Part shown: piece by piece, positions 20,587 through 30,386 of the stretch
Layout: the number at the start of each line of letters is the position of its first letter
How positions within the stretch are numbered: the first letter of the stretch is position 1
NCBI RefSeq assembly: GCF_056746865.1
Contig: NZ_CM163382.1
Reading direction: 5' to 3' (one strand)
DNA: 64,000 bases
Program-made: the position numbers and the translations under genes
Notes under the pieces: generated by a model
Databases searched by the model: none
Seen by the model: the letters and a program-made list of their open reading frames with translations, nothing else
What the model was told of the DNA's origin: nothing

Positions 20587-20990
20587 ACATTAGCGATGTA
20601 GCAAAAATTACCGGCCTGACCAGCAAAGCCATTCGCTTCTATGAAGAGAAGGGGCTGGTGACGCCGCCGATGCGCAGCGAAAATGGTTATCGAACCTACA
20701 CGCAGCAGCATCTCAACGAACTGACCTTACTGCGCCAGGCGCGCCAGGTGGGCTTTAACCTGGAAGAGAGCGGCGAACTGGTGAATCTGTTTAACGATCC
20801 GCAGCGTCACAGTGCCGACGTCAAACGTCGCACCCTGGAGAAAGTGGCGGAGATCGAGCGACATATCGAAGAACTGCAATCCATGCGCAACCAGCTGTTG
20901 GCGCTGGCGAATGCCTGCCCTGGCGATGACAGCGCCGACTGCCCGATTATCGAAAATCTCTCCGGCTGCTGTCATCATCGGGCGGGGTGA
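20583..20990 (+). CDS. cueR: Copper-responsive MerR-family regulator CueR
   Basis: 135 aa, [25 protein letters not shown]...[24 protein letters not shown], recognised as E. coli CueR with its C-terminal Cys metal-binding motif. Confidence 0.95.
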   Translation: MNISDVAKITGLTSKAIRFYEEKGLVTPPMRSENGYRTYTQQHLNELTLLRQARQVGFNLEESGELVNLFNDPQRHSADVKRRTLEKVAEIERHIEELQSMRNQLLALANACPGDDSADCPIIENLSGCCHHRAG

Positions 20991-20993
20991 AAA

Positions 20994-21197
20994 TCAGTTA
21001 ATCCCCGTTTGCACCGAAAGAATATGCTGCAAACTTTCTACCATAATGCGCCCCGACTGAAATAAGCCTTCCTGGATTTCGTTGTTAACATTCACAGCGT
21101 GAACCAGGGAGGCTAATAACACCACTTGCAAGAAGGCAAAAATAAACGCACCGATAATCATAATATGCGTCAGGGGGATTTTCCTTTGCTCTTTCAT
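20994..21197 (-). CDS. Small single-pass membrane protein (67 aa), last gene of the autotransporter operon
   Basis: Hydrophobic helix IMIIGAFIFAFLQVVLLASLV. Its ATG overlaps the stop of the upstream lipoprotein gene (ATGA), suggesting translational coupling. Confidence 0.45.
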   Translation of the reverse strand: MKEQRKIPLTHIMIIGAFIFAFLQVVLLASLVHAVNVNNEIQEGLFQSGRIMVESLQHILSVQTGIN

Positions 21198-21616
21198 TTT
21201 AAATAACCCACAAACTGACCTTCCTTCATTAAGGCGACTTTTCCCGTGTGGTGATAAACAATGACGTTATAAAGACCTGACTGATAAACAGTGGCATCTT
21301 TATTGTCTTCATCAATTGCACATAATGAATCATTGAGATAAGCAAAGTTCTTACTGCTCATTCTAAAGGTCATGCCAAATCCTTTATAAATAGATTTTTT
21401 AGCGGCCTGGGCATGTTGTGCGGCTTCTGCATTTTTAAATGCCTGCGCTTCTGATGCACTTAAAATAGCCGCCTGACGCTGTTGTTCTGCGAGATAACAG
21501 GTGTCATGGCTGACGCCCTGCGCCTGGCAATCTGCGATGCGGGAAGTGGGTGAACTACAGCCAGCCAGTAATATAACCGCCAGCAGGGAAAACGATTTAA
21601 TGGAGCTATTCATCAT
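21194..21616 (-). CDS. Lipoprotein (140 aa) encoded immediately downstream of the trimeric autotransporter
   Basis: Signal peptide with lipobox LLAGC|SS; same strand as and 53 bp downstream of the autotransporter gene. Confidence 0.7.
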   Translation of the reverse strand: MMNSSIKSFSLLAVILLAGCSSPTSRIADCQAQGVSHDTCYLAEQQRQAAILSASEAQAFKNAEAAQHAQAAKKSIYKGFGMTFRMSSKNFAYLNDSLCAIDEDNKDATVYQSGLYNVIVYHHTGKVALMKEGQFVGYLK

Positions 21617-21669
21617 TGTTAACCTTAAATAATGTACGGAAAATTGCGAATAAGAAATTGCTGTTAAAA

Positions 21670-23454
21670 TTAGAACGAATATCCCACGCCGACACCCGCA
21701 CCGAAATCAGATTGTGTATCCGCAGAAATACCTGCTTTAAGTACCGTATGCGTTCCGGCATTAAAAGATGTTCCTACAGACACCGCAGATTCACCGTTGT
21801 ACGTTCCCGCTCCCGCTGACACCATCATCAAGTCACCGGTTTTCACCTGTGGTTGTGAGGCGATAGCGATGGCAGATGCAGTTCCCGCATTGGCTTCTTT
21901 ACGATTGTCCTCAACTTCGTTTTTCAGAGAATCGAAATGGTTATTGAGCGTAGTAATCTGCTGGCTATTATCCGCTACTCGTTTTTGCGTGTTGCTTAAC
22001 TGCTGATGCGTTTGGGTTACGTCTTGTGTCAGGCTGTCAATTTGTTCATGCGTTTGTGTTGAGTCTTGCGCCAGACGCTGAATTTGTTCCCCGTACTGCA
22101 CACTATCGATATGCTGTTGCGTTGCCTGGTTAGTCGCCAGAGTATCTATTTTTTGTTTTTGTTCTGCTGCAGTACGCGCATTCGCATCATTTTGTGCTCT
22201 CAGTCCGGCGTTAACCATCTCTTGATAATGTGCGTTGGTCTGGGCATCGCCAAGTGCGGAAACCGTTTTTTGCGTCGCGTCGATTTGTTTCTGCTGATCG
22301 TCCATTTGTTGCTGCTGGGTGTCAGCTTGTGCCTGTTGCGCATTGGCAGCGGCTGTCTGTCTGGCGTCAATCATGCTCTGATATCGGGCGGCAGTCTGCA
22401 CATCCCCGGTGGCGGCAACGGTTTTCCGGGTTTCGTCGAGTTGTTGCTGCTGGTCAGCAATATCGCTGCGGTTCTGTTCGATATTATTTTTGTTTTCTGT
22501 CACAGCACCGGAAAGTTTGACGCCGTTCATCAGAGCGGTGTTGGCGTTAGCGTTGGCATGGTCAGCCGTTGACTGGGCATGTGCGACATCGCCTTTTATG
22601 TTGGTGACGTCTGACTGCACTGCGGAGACATCATTACGGGTGTCGGCGATGGCGGCTTTATTGGCATCAATATCCGTCTGCGCCACCATAATGGCGTGCT
22701 GCGCGTCATCAGCTTTCATTGAAGCCCAGTTGGCGACATGTTGTGCGTCCTGAATGGCGGTATCCTGCCCGTTGTCGCGGACGATCTGTTTTTGCTCGTT
22801 TGATGCCAACAGTTTCTGCTGGTCGGCAATATCGCTGCGGTTCTGTTCGATGTTGTTTTTGTTTTCTGTCACAGCACCGGAAAGTTTGACGCCGTTCATC
22901 AGAGCGGTGTTGGCGTTAGCGTTGGCATGGTCAGCCGTTGACTGGGCATGTGCGACATCGCCTTTTATGTTGGTGACGTCTGACTGCACTGCGGAGACAT
23001 CATTACGGGTGTCGGTGATGGCGGCTTTGTTGGCATCAATATCCGTCTGCGCCACCGTGATGGCGTGCTGCGCGTCATCAGCTTTCAGTGAAGCCCAGTT
23101 GGCGGCATGTTGTGCGTCCTGAATGGCGGTATCCTGCCCGTTGTCGCGGTCGGTCTGCGCTTGATTGGTTATCGGGTTCAGCGTATTGGCGGGCTGTACG
23201 GGAGAGGCAGCTGTATTTTCCTGAGGTGTCGTTGTCCGGTAATCATGCGCAATCAGATAATTTTGTGCGGCTGCACTATTCCCTGTCCTTTCTAAAAATC
23301 GACCAATTTTCTGATCAATTTCCGATTGCGACATTCCTGGCTGGATTGCCGTTAATTCTGTCGTTGCCGCCTCAACAGTATCACCCGCAAACGCAGATGG
23401 ACTTACCGCGGTAGCAACAACGACAGCCAGTAAAGACAGCTTTACAGTTTTCAT
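21670..23454 (-). CDS. Trimeric autotransporter adhesin-like protein with YadA-like C-terminal anchor (~594 aa)
   Basis: Sec signal MKTVKLSLLAVVVATAVSPSAFA; long Q/A/D-rich coiled-coil-like stalk with internal repeats; C-terminus GTASAIAIASQPQ...GAGVGVGYSF matches the YadA-type anchor pattern. ATG chosen at 23454; the ORF track extends to a TTG at 23472. Confidence 0.8.
   Translation of the reverse strand: MKTVKLSLLAVVVATAVSPSAFAGDTVEAATTELTAIQPGMSQSEIDQKIGRFLERTGNSAAAQNYLIAHDYRTTTPQENTAASPVQPANTLNPITNQAQTDRDNGQDTAIQDAQHAANWASLKADDAQHAITVAQTDIDANKAAITDTRNDVSAVQSDVTNIKGDVAHAQSTADHANANANTALMNGVKLSGAVTENKNNIEQNRSDIADQQKLLASNEQKQIVRDNGQDTAIQDAQHVANWASMKADDAQHAIMVAQTDIDANKAAIADTRNDVSAVQSDVTNIKGDVAHAQSTADHANANANTALMNGVKLSGAVTENKNNIEQNRSDIADQQQQLDETRKTVAATGDVQTAARYQSMIDARQTAAANAQQAQADTQQQQMDDQQKQIDATQKTVSALGDAQTNAHYQEMVNAGLRAQNDANARTAAEQKQKIDTLATNQATQQHIDSVQYGEQIQRLAQDSTQTHEQIDSLTQDVTQTHQQLSNTQKRVADNSQQITTLNNHFDSLKNEVEDNRKEANAGTASAIAIASQPQVKTGDLMMVSAGAGTYNGESAVSVGTSFNAGTHTVLKAGISADTQSDFGAGVGVGYSF
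22440..23160. repeat. Near-identical ~369-bp tandem duplication (two copies) inside the autotransporter stalk
   Basis: Sequence from ctgctggtcagcaatatcgctgcggttctgttcg at 22447 recurs at 22816 with few mismatches; encodes the duplicated ~123-aa block DNGQDTAIQDAQH...NIEQNRSDIADQQ. Confidence 0.85.
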
Positions 23455-23472
23455 GCATTTTTTCTCTTTCAA

Positions 23473-23820
23473 AGTAAGTCACATATTTGTTTCTATAAGC
23501 AACGTAAAACGTTGTTATAAGAATTAATCTGCGTTGCAATTTGATCGAAATCTACGCCGCCATTTGTGTGATGTAAAGCGCATTTTTGTCTGGTGTAAGC
23601 GTAAACATCACCAATAAGAAACAAAAAATGTTTCTTATATAAATAAAATCGAAAATCATTTTGTGCTCTTTCAATGTAAAAAAGAGTAAAGACTTGTTTT
23701 GATAAGCGAAATAAATTCTGTTTCTGGACTAAACGTGAAGCGGTTCCTGATGTGTGCTAAAATGCGTTTCTTTGATAAATCTCAATTTTTAAGAGGTTTA
23801 CGCCAGGCAGGAAAATTTAA
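23473..23820. promoter_or_regulatory. AT-rich divergent control region between the autotransporter operon and a small ORF
   Basis: About 350 bp of markedly AT-rich non-coding DNA; perfect palindrome aagaaaca-aaaaa-tgtttctt at 23616-23636. Confidence 0.4.
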
Positions 23821-24183
23821 ATGAATGAATTTGAGAAGATTTTTAATGAAATGAATCTGGACCGGGCATTGCTACCGATCCTTTTTCGTTCGAACCGGTC
23901 AACAGTGTGGAAATATTTAAGTGGCGATAGTACGGCTCCTGCCTCAGCTATGTCACTGATTATGCTGTTGCAGTTAATCCAGAAACGAAACCCCGATCTG
24001 TTAGCCGAATGGTTAACGCTTTCTGATTTCACCATTCCGCCAGAAGTTTACCTGGACCAGCCTGATTACTGGAAAGGGTGGGTGTATACGCAACACAAGG
24101 TCAATAAAAACGTCCTGGAATATCTAAAAAAACATTATCCGGATGAAGACCAAAAAAACATGAATAAAGGTAGTGACGAGTAA
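23821..24183 (+). CDS. Hypothetical small protein (120 aa), possible helix-turn-helix regulator
   Basis: AT-rich ORF divergent from the autotransporter; segment SNRSTVWKYLSGDSTAPASAMSLIMLL loosely resembles an XRE-type HTH. No confident family assignment. Confidence 0.4.
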   Translation: MNEFEKIFNEMNLDRALLPILFRSNRSTVWKYLSGDSTAPASAMSLIMLLQLIQKRNPDLLAEWLTLSDFTIPPEVYLDQPDYWKGWVYTQHKVNKNVLEYLKKHYPDEDQKNMNKGSDE

Positions 24184-24194
24184 TTTGCCAATGC

Positions 24195-24365
<171 letters not shown>

Positions 24366-24367
24366 CA

Positions 24368-24826
24368 TCAGGCGATGACCGCACGGATGATCAGCGTTAT
24401 CCCTTCTATCGCAATGACTTCAACATGCGTACCTGCACCGAGATCCTCGCTGGCGCTGACAGGCCATGAACTGTCACCGACGCGCATATGACCTCGCCCG
24501 TTGACCAGCGGAGATTCCAGCACAAAACGTCGGCCAATAAGCTGCTGCCCGCGCTGGTTTAAATGACTGTCGCTGTGCTTTTGTTCGCGCACCCGCCGCG
24601 ACAACCATTTCCACCACAGCCAGGCGGCGAGCAGCGTCAGGACGGCAAACATCACCCCTTGCCACTCCCAACCCAGCGGCACCAGCCAGACCACCAGACC
24701 GGTAATCACCGCTGCCACGCCGCTCCACAACAAATAACCATTTCCGCCCAGCATCTCGGCTGCCAGCAGCAACCCGCCGAGACTGAGCCAGAAAATATGT
24801 GGATGAACGACCATTAACTCCATCAT
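24368..24826 (-). CDS. ybbJ: NfeD-family inner membrane protein YbbJ
   Basis: 152 aa, hydrophobic N-terminal half; overlaps the upstream stomatin-like gene, consistent with the qmcA-ybbJ pair. Confidence 0.85.
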   Translation of the reverse strand: MMELMVVHPHIFWLSLGGLLLAAEMLGGNGYLLWSGVAAVITGLVVWLVPLGWEWQGVMFAVLTLLAAWLWWKWLSRRVREQKHSDSHLNQRGQQLIGRRFVLESPLVNGRGHMRVGDSSWPVSASEDLGAGTHVEVIAIEGITLIIRAVIA

Positions 24827-25740
24827 GGCTGAGTCCGTTTGTTGGCGCTGTCTTTCACCAGCTCGGCAATCCCGGCAATCGACCCCATCAGGCTGCTGGC
24901 CTCTAATGGCATCATCACTACTTTGCTGTTACTGGAGGAACCGATCTGCTGTAACGCTTCGGTGTATTTCTGCGCTACGAAGTAGTTCACCGCCTGAATA
25001 TCACCGGAGGCGATGGCTTCAGACACCATTTTGGTGGCGCGGGCTTCTGCTTCAGCGGAACGTTCACGAGCTTCAGCCTGTAAAAACGCCGACTGACGTT
25101 CGCCTTCCGCTTTCAGGATTTGCGACTGTTTTTCACCTTCGGCTTTGAGGATTTCCGCCTGACGGATCCCTTCCGCTTCGAGGATGTAAGCGCGTTTGGT
25201 ACGTTCCGCTTTCATCTGCGCGTTCATTGAAGAGATAAGCTCTGCCGGTGGGCGCACGTCGCGAATTTCAATACGGGTGACTTTAATCCCCCACGGGTTG
25301 GTGGCTTCATCGACAATACGCAGCAGGCGTGAGTTGATGCTGTCGCGCTGAGAGAGCATTTCGTCAAGTTCCATTGAACCCAACACGGTACGGATGTTAG
25401 TCATGGTCAGGTTGATGATCGCCAGCTCCAGATTGCTGACTTCATAGGCAGCGCGTGGCGCGTCAATCACCTGAATAAAGCACACGGCGTCGATGGTAAC
25501 GTTGGCGTTATCTTTCGAGATAACTTCCTGGGAAGGGATATCGAGCACTTGCTCCATCATATTGATCTTGCGACCAATGCGATCCATAAACGGCACCACC
25601 AGACTGAGCCCCGGCTGTAACGTTTTGGTATAGCGACCAAAACGTTCTACTGTCCACTGATAGCCCTGCGGCACGATTTTGACGCCCGCGCCGACAATGA
25701 CCAGCGCGACAAAAATGAGAATCGGGATAAAGATAAGCAT
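24823..25740 (-). CDS. qmcA: SPFH/band-7 stomatin-like protein QmcA
   Basis: 305 aa, [37 protein letters not shown]..., recognised as E. coli QmcA (YbbK). Confidence 0.9.
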   Translation of the reverse strand: MLIFIPILIFVALVIVGAGVKIVPQGYQWTVERFGRYTKTLQPGLSLVVPFMDRIGRKINMMEQVLDIPSQEVISKDNANVTIDAVCFIQVIDAPRAAYEVSNLELAIINLTMTNIRTVLGSMELDEMLSQRDSINSRLLRIVDEATNPWGIKVTRIEIRDVRPPAELISSMNAQMKAERTKRAYILEAEGIRQAEILKAEGEKQSQILKAEGERQSAFLQAEARERSAEAEARATKMVSEAIASGDIQAVNYFVAQKYTEALQQIGSSSNSKVVMMPLEASSLMGSIAGIAELVKDSANKRTQP

Positions 25741-25885
25741 CGGAAAAACCTCCTGTTGTACCGTCCATAATCAGCAAAATTGCTGCTTGATTAAACAAAT
25801 TATACCTGATTACTGAAAGAGAGTTCCCCCTTATTCCTGCGAAGGATAAACTGTTTTTAGTAAAAATCAGAAAAAGGGAACAGCG

Positions 25886-26563
25886 ATGCAGGAAAATAGT
25901 CCTTTGCTTCAGCTACAAAACGTAGGATATCTGGCGGGTGATGCGAAGATTCTTAATAACATCAATTTTTCGCTGCGTGCTGGCGAATTTAAGTTAATTA
26001 CCGGTCCTTCTGGTTGTGGCAAAAGTACGCTGCTAAAAATAGTTGCTTCATTGATCAGCCCAACCAGCGGAACGTTACTGTTTGAAGGTGAGGATGTCAG
26101 CACACTAAAGCCAGAAATCTACCGCCAGCAAGTGTCTTACTGCGCCCAGACGCCGACGCTGTTTGGCGATACGGTATACGATAATCTGATCTTTCCCTGG
26201 CAGATCCGTAACCAGCAGCCTGACCCGGCCATTTTTCTCGATTTTCTTGAACGTTTCGCTTTGCCGGACAGCATTTTGACGAAGAATATCGCCGAGCTAT
26301 CTGGTGGTGAAAAACAACGCATCTCATTGATTCGTAACCTGCAATTTATGCCGAAGGTTTTATTGCTGGATGAAATCACCAGTGCGCTGGATGAAAGTAA
26401 TAAACATAACGTTAATGAGATGATCCATCGCTATGTGCGCGAGCAAAATATTGCCGTGCTGTGGGTGACACACGATAAAGACGAAATTAATCATGCGGAT
26501 AAAGTGATTACACTGCAACCGCATGCCGGAGAAATGCAGGAAGCACGCTATGAACTCGCATAA
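25886..26563 (+). CDS. fetA: ABC transporter ATP-binding protein FetA (YbbL)
   Basis: 225 aa; Walker A GPSGCGKST, signature LSGGEKQR. Confidence 0.9.
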   Translation: MQENSPLLQLQNVGYLAGDAKILNNINFSLRAGEFKLITGPSGCGKSTLLKIVASLISPTSGTLLFEGEDVSTLKPEIYRQQVSYCAQTPTLFGDTVYDNLIFPWQIRNQQPDPAIFLDFLERFALPDSILTKNIAELSGGEKQRISLIRNLQFMPKVLLLDEITSALDESNKHNVNEMIHRYVREQNIAVLWVTHDKDEINHADKVITLQPHAGEMQEARYELA

Positions 26564-27329
26564 TATTACTAACGAATCATTGGCACTGGCATTAATGCTG
26601 GTGGTGGTGGCAATCTTAATTAGCCATAAAGAAAAACTGGCGCTGGAGAAAGATATTCTCTGGAGCGTCGGGCGCGCGATAATTCAGCTGATTATTGTCG
26701 GCTATGTGCTGAAGTATATTTTCAGCGTGGATGATGCCAGCCTGACATTATTGATGGTGTTATTTATCTGCTTTAATGCGGCGTGGAACGCGCAAAAACG
26801 CAGTAAATATATTGCTAAAGCTTTTATCTCATCGTTTATTGCCATTACGGTCGGGGCGGGAATTACCCTGGCGGTGCTGATTCTCTCAGGGTCGATTGAA
26901 TTTATCCCGATGCAGGTGATCCCTATCGCCGGGATGATAGCCGGTAACGCCATGGTAGCGGTGGGGTTGTGTTACAACAATTTAGGGCAACGGGTGATTA
27001 GCGAACAGCAACAGATTCAGGAGAAACTGAGTCTTGGCGCGACGCCGAAACAGGCTTCAGCGATATTGATTCGCGACAGTATTCGCGCTGCTTTAATTCC
27101 GACGGTCGATTCAGCAAAAACGGTAGGCTTAGTGAGTTTACCAGGAATGATGTCCGGGCTGATATTTGCCGGGATTGATCCGGTGAAGGCGATTAAATAT
27201 CAGATTATGGTGACCTTTATGCTGCTCTCAACCGCCAGCCTGTCGACCATTATTGCCTGCTATTTAACCTATCGTAAGTTTTACAATTCGCGCCACCAGT
27301 TGGTGGTGACGCAATTGAAGAAGAAATGA
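26550..27329 (+). CDS. fetB: ABC transporter permease FetB (YbbM)
   Basis: Start placed at the ATG giving MNSHNITNESLALALMLVVVAIL...; multiple transmembrane segments; overlaps the fetA 3' end. Confidence 0.9.
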   Translation: MNSHNITNESLALALMLVVVAILISHKEKLALEKDILWSVGRAIIQLIIVGYVLKYIFSVDDASLTLLMVLFICFNAAWNAQKRSKYIAKAFISSFIAITVGAGITLAVLILSGSIEFIPMQVIPIAGMIAGNAMVAVGLCYNNLGQRVISEQQQIQEKLSLGATPKQASAILIRDSIRAALIPTVDSAKTVGLVSLPGMMSGLIFAGIDPVKAIKYQIMVTFMLLSTASLSTIIACYLTYRKFYNSRHQLVVTQLKKK

Positions 27330-27335
27330 TGCAAT

Positions 27336-27361
27336 GCCGGATGCGCAGCATCGCATCCGGC
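27336..27361. terminator. Hairpin between convergent fetB and ybbN (probable bidirectional terminator)
   Basis: gccggatgcg-cagcat-cgcatccggc, a 10-bp perfect stem. Confidence 0.5.
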
Positions 27362-27391
27362 GTTGTGGTTCATGTGCCGATCAACGGAAAC

Positions 27392-28288
<897 letters not shown>

Positions 28289-28306
28289 TTAAGCGCGCGC
28301 TTCAAC

Positions 28307-29116
28307 TCACCCCTGCAATATTTTGTCCATCACGCGCCCCGGCAGCAGGCGCTTAAGCACCATTACTGCCCAGGTCACCAGCGTTACCGGATAGCGCATC
28401 TTCGGTTTCTCGCTAATAAAAGCATGGCGTACTTTGTCGACCACCGCTTCCGGTCCCAACGTAAAGCGGGCGGCGATGCCAGGATTTTCGACTGGTTTAT
28501 CACTTTGCGTCTGGTTGACGTTGTCGGTGAAGCGAGTACGAATGGGACCGGGTTCGATCAGGCTAACTTTAACTCCGCTGTGGCGCAGCTCCATGCGCAG
28601 CGCATCCGACCACGCCTCCAGCGCATATTTACTGGCTGCGTAAGCGCCGCGACCCGGCGTGGAGATTAATCCCATCACCGATGAGGTCATCACAATACGC
28701 CCTTCACCGTGCGGTAACATCGCGGGTAACAGGCGCATGGTGAGCTGGTGAGCGCCGAAAAAGTTGGCAGAAAACTGCTGTTCCATCTGCGCACGGCTGA
28801 TGGTGGAAAGGGGGCCATACATGCCGAATCCGGCATTGTTAAAGATCCCATACAGACAATTATCGGTCAGGGCGATCACTTCGTCGGCTGCGCGATCAAC
28901 ACTTTCTGGTGAATCCAGATCGATCAACACGCCGGTAAATCCCATGCTGTTCATGCGCTCAACATCATCCGGTTTCCGGCAACCTGCCAGCACATGAAAA
29001 CCCTGGCGTTTTAATTCGAGCGCGCTTTCCAGGCCAATTCCACTGGAACATCCGGTAATTAAGACCGATTTTTGCATAACTTTACCTGTCAGGATCTCCG
29101 TTGCTTTATGAGTCAT
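28307..29116 (-). CDS. ybbO: Short-chain dehydrogenase/reductase YbbO
   Basis: 269 aa; SDR glycine motif TGCSSGIG and catalytic YAASK. Confidence 0.9.
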   Translation of the reverse strand: MTHKATEILTGKVMQKSVLITGCSSGIGLESALELKRQGFHVLAGCRKPDDVERMNSMGFTGVLIDLDSPESVDRAADEVIALTDNCLYGIFNNAGFGMYGPLSTISRAQMEQQFSANFFGAHQLTMRLLPAMLPHGEGRIVMTSSVMGLISTPGRGAYAASKYALEAWSDALRMELRHSGVKVSLIEPGPIRTRFTDNVNQTQSDKPVENPGIAARFTLGPEAVVDKVRHAFISEKPKMRYPVTLVTWAVMVLKRLLPGRVMDKILQG

Positions 29117-29732
29117 GATTTACTAAAGGCTGCAACTGCTTCGCCATCCAGTCGGCAATAAACGGCTGGGCGTCGCGGTTGGGATGAATACCGTCATCCT
29201 GCATCCATTGTGGCTTGAGGTAGACCTCTTCCATAAAAAAGGGCAGCAGCGGAACATCAAACTCTTTGGCGAGTTTGGGGTAAATGGCGCTAAAGGCTTC
29301 ATTATAACGGCGACCATAGTTTGCAGGCAGACGTATTTGCATTAACAATGGTTCAGCGTTGGCGGCTTTGACATCCTGCAAAATCTGGCGCAGCGTCTGC
29401 TCGGTTTGTTGTGGCTGAAAACCACGCAAACCGTCATTGCCGCCCAGTTCTACCAGCACCCAGCGCGGCTGATGCTGTTTCAGCAGAGCCGGAAGGCGCG
29501 CCAGCCCTTGTTGCGAGGTGTCGCCGCTGATGCTGGCATTGACTACCGACGTTTTATTCTGCCACTTATCATTCAACAAGGCAGGCCAGGCCGCGCTGGC
29601 AGACATTCGATACCCGGCGCTCAGGCTATCACCCAGAATCAATAACGTGTCCGCTGCGGCGGCACGGAAGGTTAACAGGACCAGGAACAGGAAGGGCAAA
29701 TGCCAGCGGAAAACATTGTTGAAGTTCATCAT
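29106..29732 (-). CDS. tesA: Acyl-CoA thioesterase I / lysophospholipase L1 TesA (SGNH hydrolase)
   Basis: Start placed at MMNFNNVFRWHLPFLFLVLLTFRAAAADTLLILGDSLSAGY; GDSL motif present. Confidence 0.9.
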   Translation of the reverse strand: MMNFNNVFRWHLPFLFLVLLTFRAAAADTLLILGDSLSAGYRMSASAAWPALLNDKWQNKTSVVNASISGDTSQQGLARLPALLKQHQPRWVLVELGGNDGLRGFQPQQTEQTLRQILQDVKAANAEPLLMQIRLPANYGRRYNEAFSAIYPKLAKEFDVPLLPFFMEEVYLKPQWMQDDGIHPNRDAQPFIADWMAKQLQPLVNHDS

Positions 29733-30386
29733 CTTAAGAAGTCCGTCGGTCAGGGGGAGCATGAACTCTCCATCCTCACCGGAGTTGAGCTGGTTGTCAA
29801 ACGTGGCGAGACCATCGCACTGGTGGGCGAGTCGGGATCGGGTAAGTCAACCTTGCTGGCGATCCTCGCCGGGCTGGATGACGGCAGCAGTGGCGAAGTG
29901 AGTCTGGTGGGACAACCGCTACATAATATGGACGAAGAAGCGCGGGCAAAGTTGCGCGCGAAGCACGTCGGCTTTGTTTTTCAGTCATTTATGTTAATTC
30001 CTACCCTTAACGCGCTGGAAAACGTCGAGCTTCCGGCGCTGCTGCGCGGTGAGAGTAGCGCGGAAAGTCGTAACGGAGCGAAAGCGTTGCTCGAACAGTT
30101 AGGGCTGGGTAAACGTCTGGATCATCTTCCGGCACAGCTTTCCGGCGGTGAACAGCAACGAGTGGCGCTGGCACGAGCCTTTAACGGTCGACCTGATGTG
30201 CTGTTTGCCGACGAACCCACCGGCAACCTTGACCGCCAGACCGGCGATAAAATTGCCGACCTGCTGTTTTCCCTCAACCGTGAACATGGCACCACGTTGA
30301 TTATGGTGACCCACGACCTGCAACTGGCGGCACGCTGCGACCGCTGCTTACGGCTGGTGAACGGGCAGTTGCAGGAGGAAGCATGA
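29700..30386 (+). CDS. ybbA: ABC transporter ATP-binding protein YbbA
   Basis: 228 aa; Walker A GESGSGKST, signature LSGGEQQR. Confidence 0.9.
   Translation: MPAENIVEVHHLKKSVGQGEHELSILTGVELVVKRGETIALVGESGSGKSTLLAILAGLDDGSSGEVSLVGQPLHNMDEEARAKLRAKHVGFVFQSFMLIPTLNALENVELPALLRGESSAESRNGAKALLEQLGLGKRLDHLPAQLSGGEQQRVALARAFNGRPDVLFADEPTGNLDRQTGDKIADLLFSLNREHGTTLIMVTHDLQLAARCDRCLRLVNGQLQEEA

Noticed and set aside
21797-23414. Plus-strand ORFs 21797..22006, 22066..22572, 22409..22753, 22754..23122 and 23088..23414
   Set aside because: All lie antisense within the autotransporter gene; two are duplicates of each other because of the 369-bp tandem repeat; their products are Cys/Leu/Ser-rich low-complexity sequences.
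23455-23472. Upstream TTG start for the autotransporter (ORF track start at 23472)
   Set aside because: The ATG at 23454 yields a canonical signal peptide (MKTVKLSLLAVVVATAVSPSAFA); the TTG extension adds six residues including a Cys before the signal and is less plausible, though it cannot be excluded.
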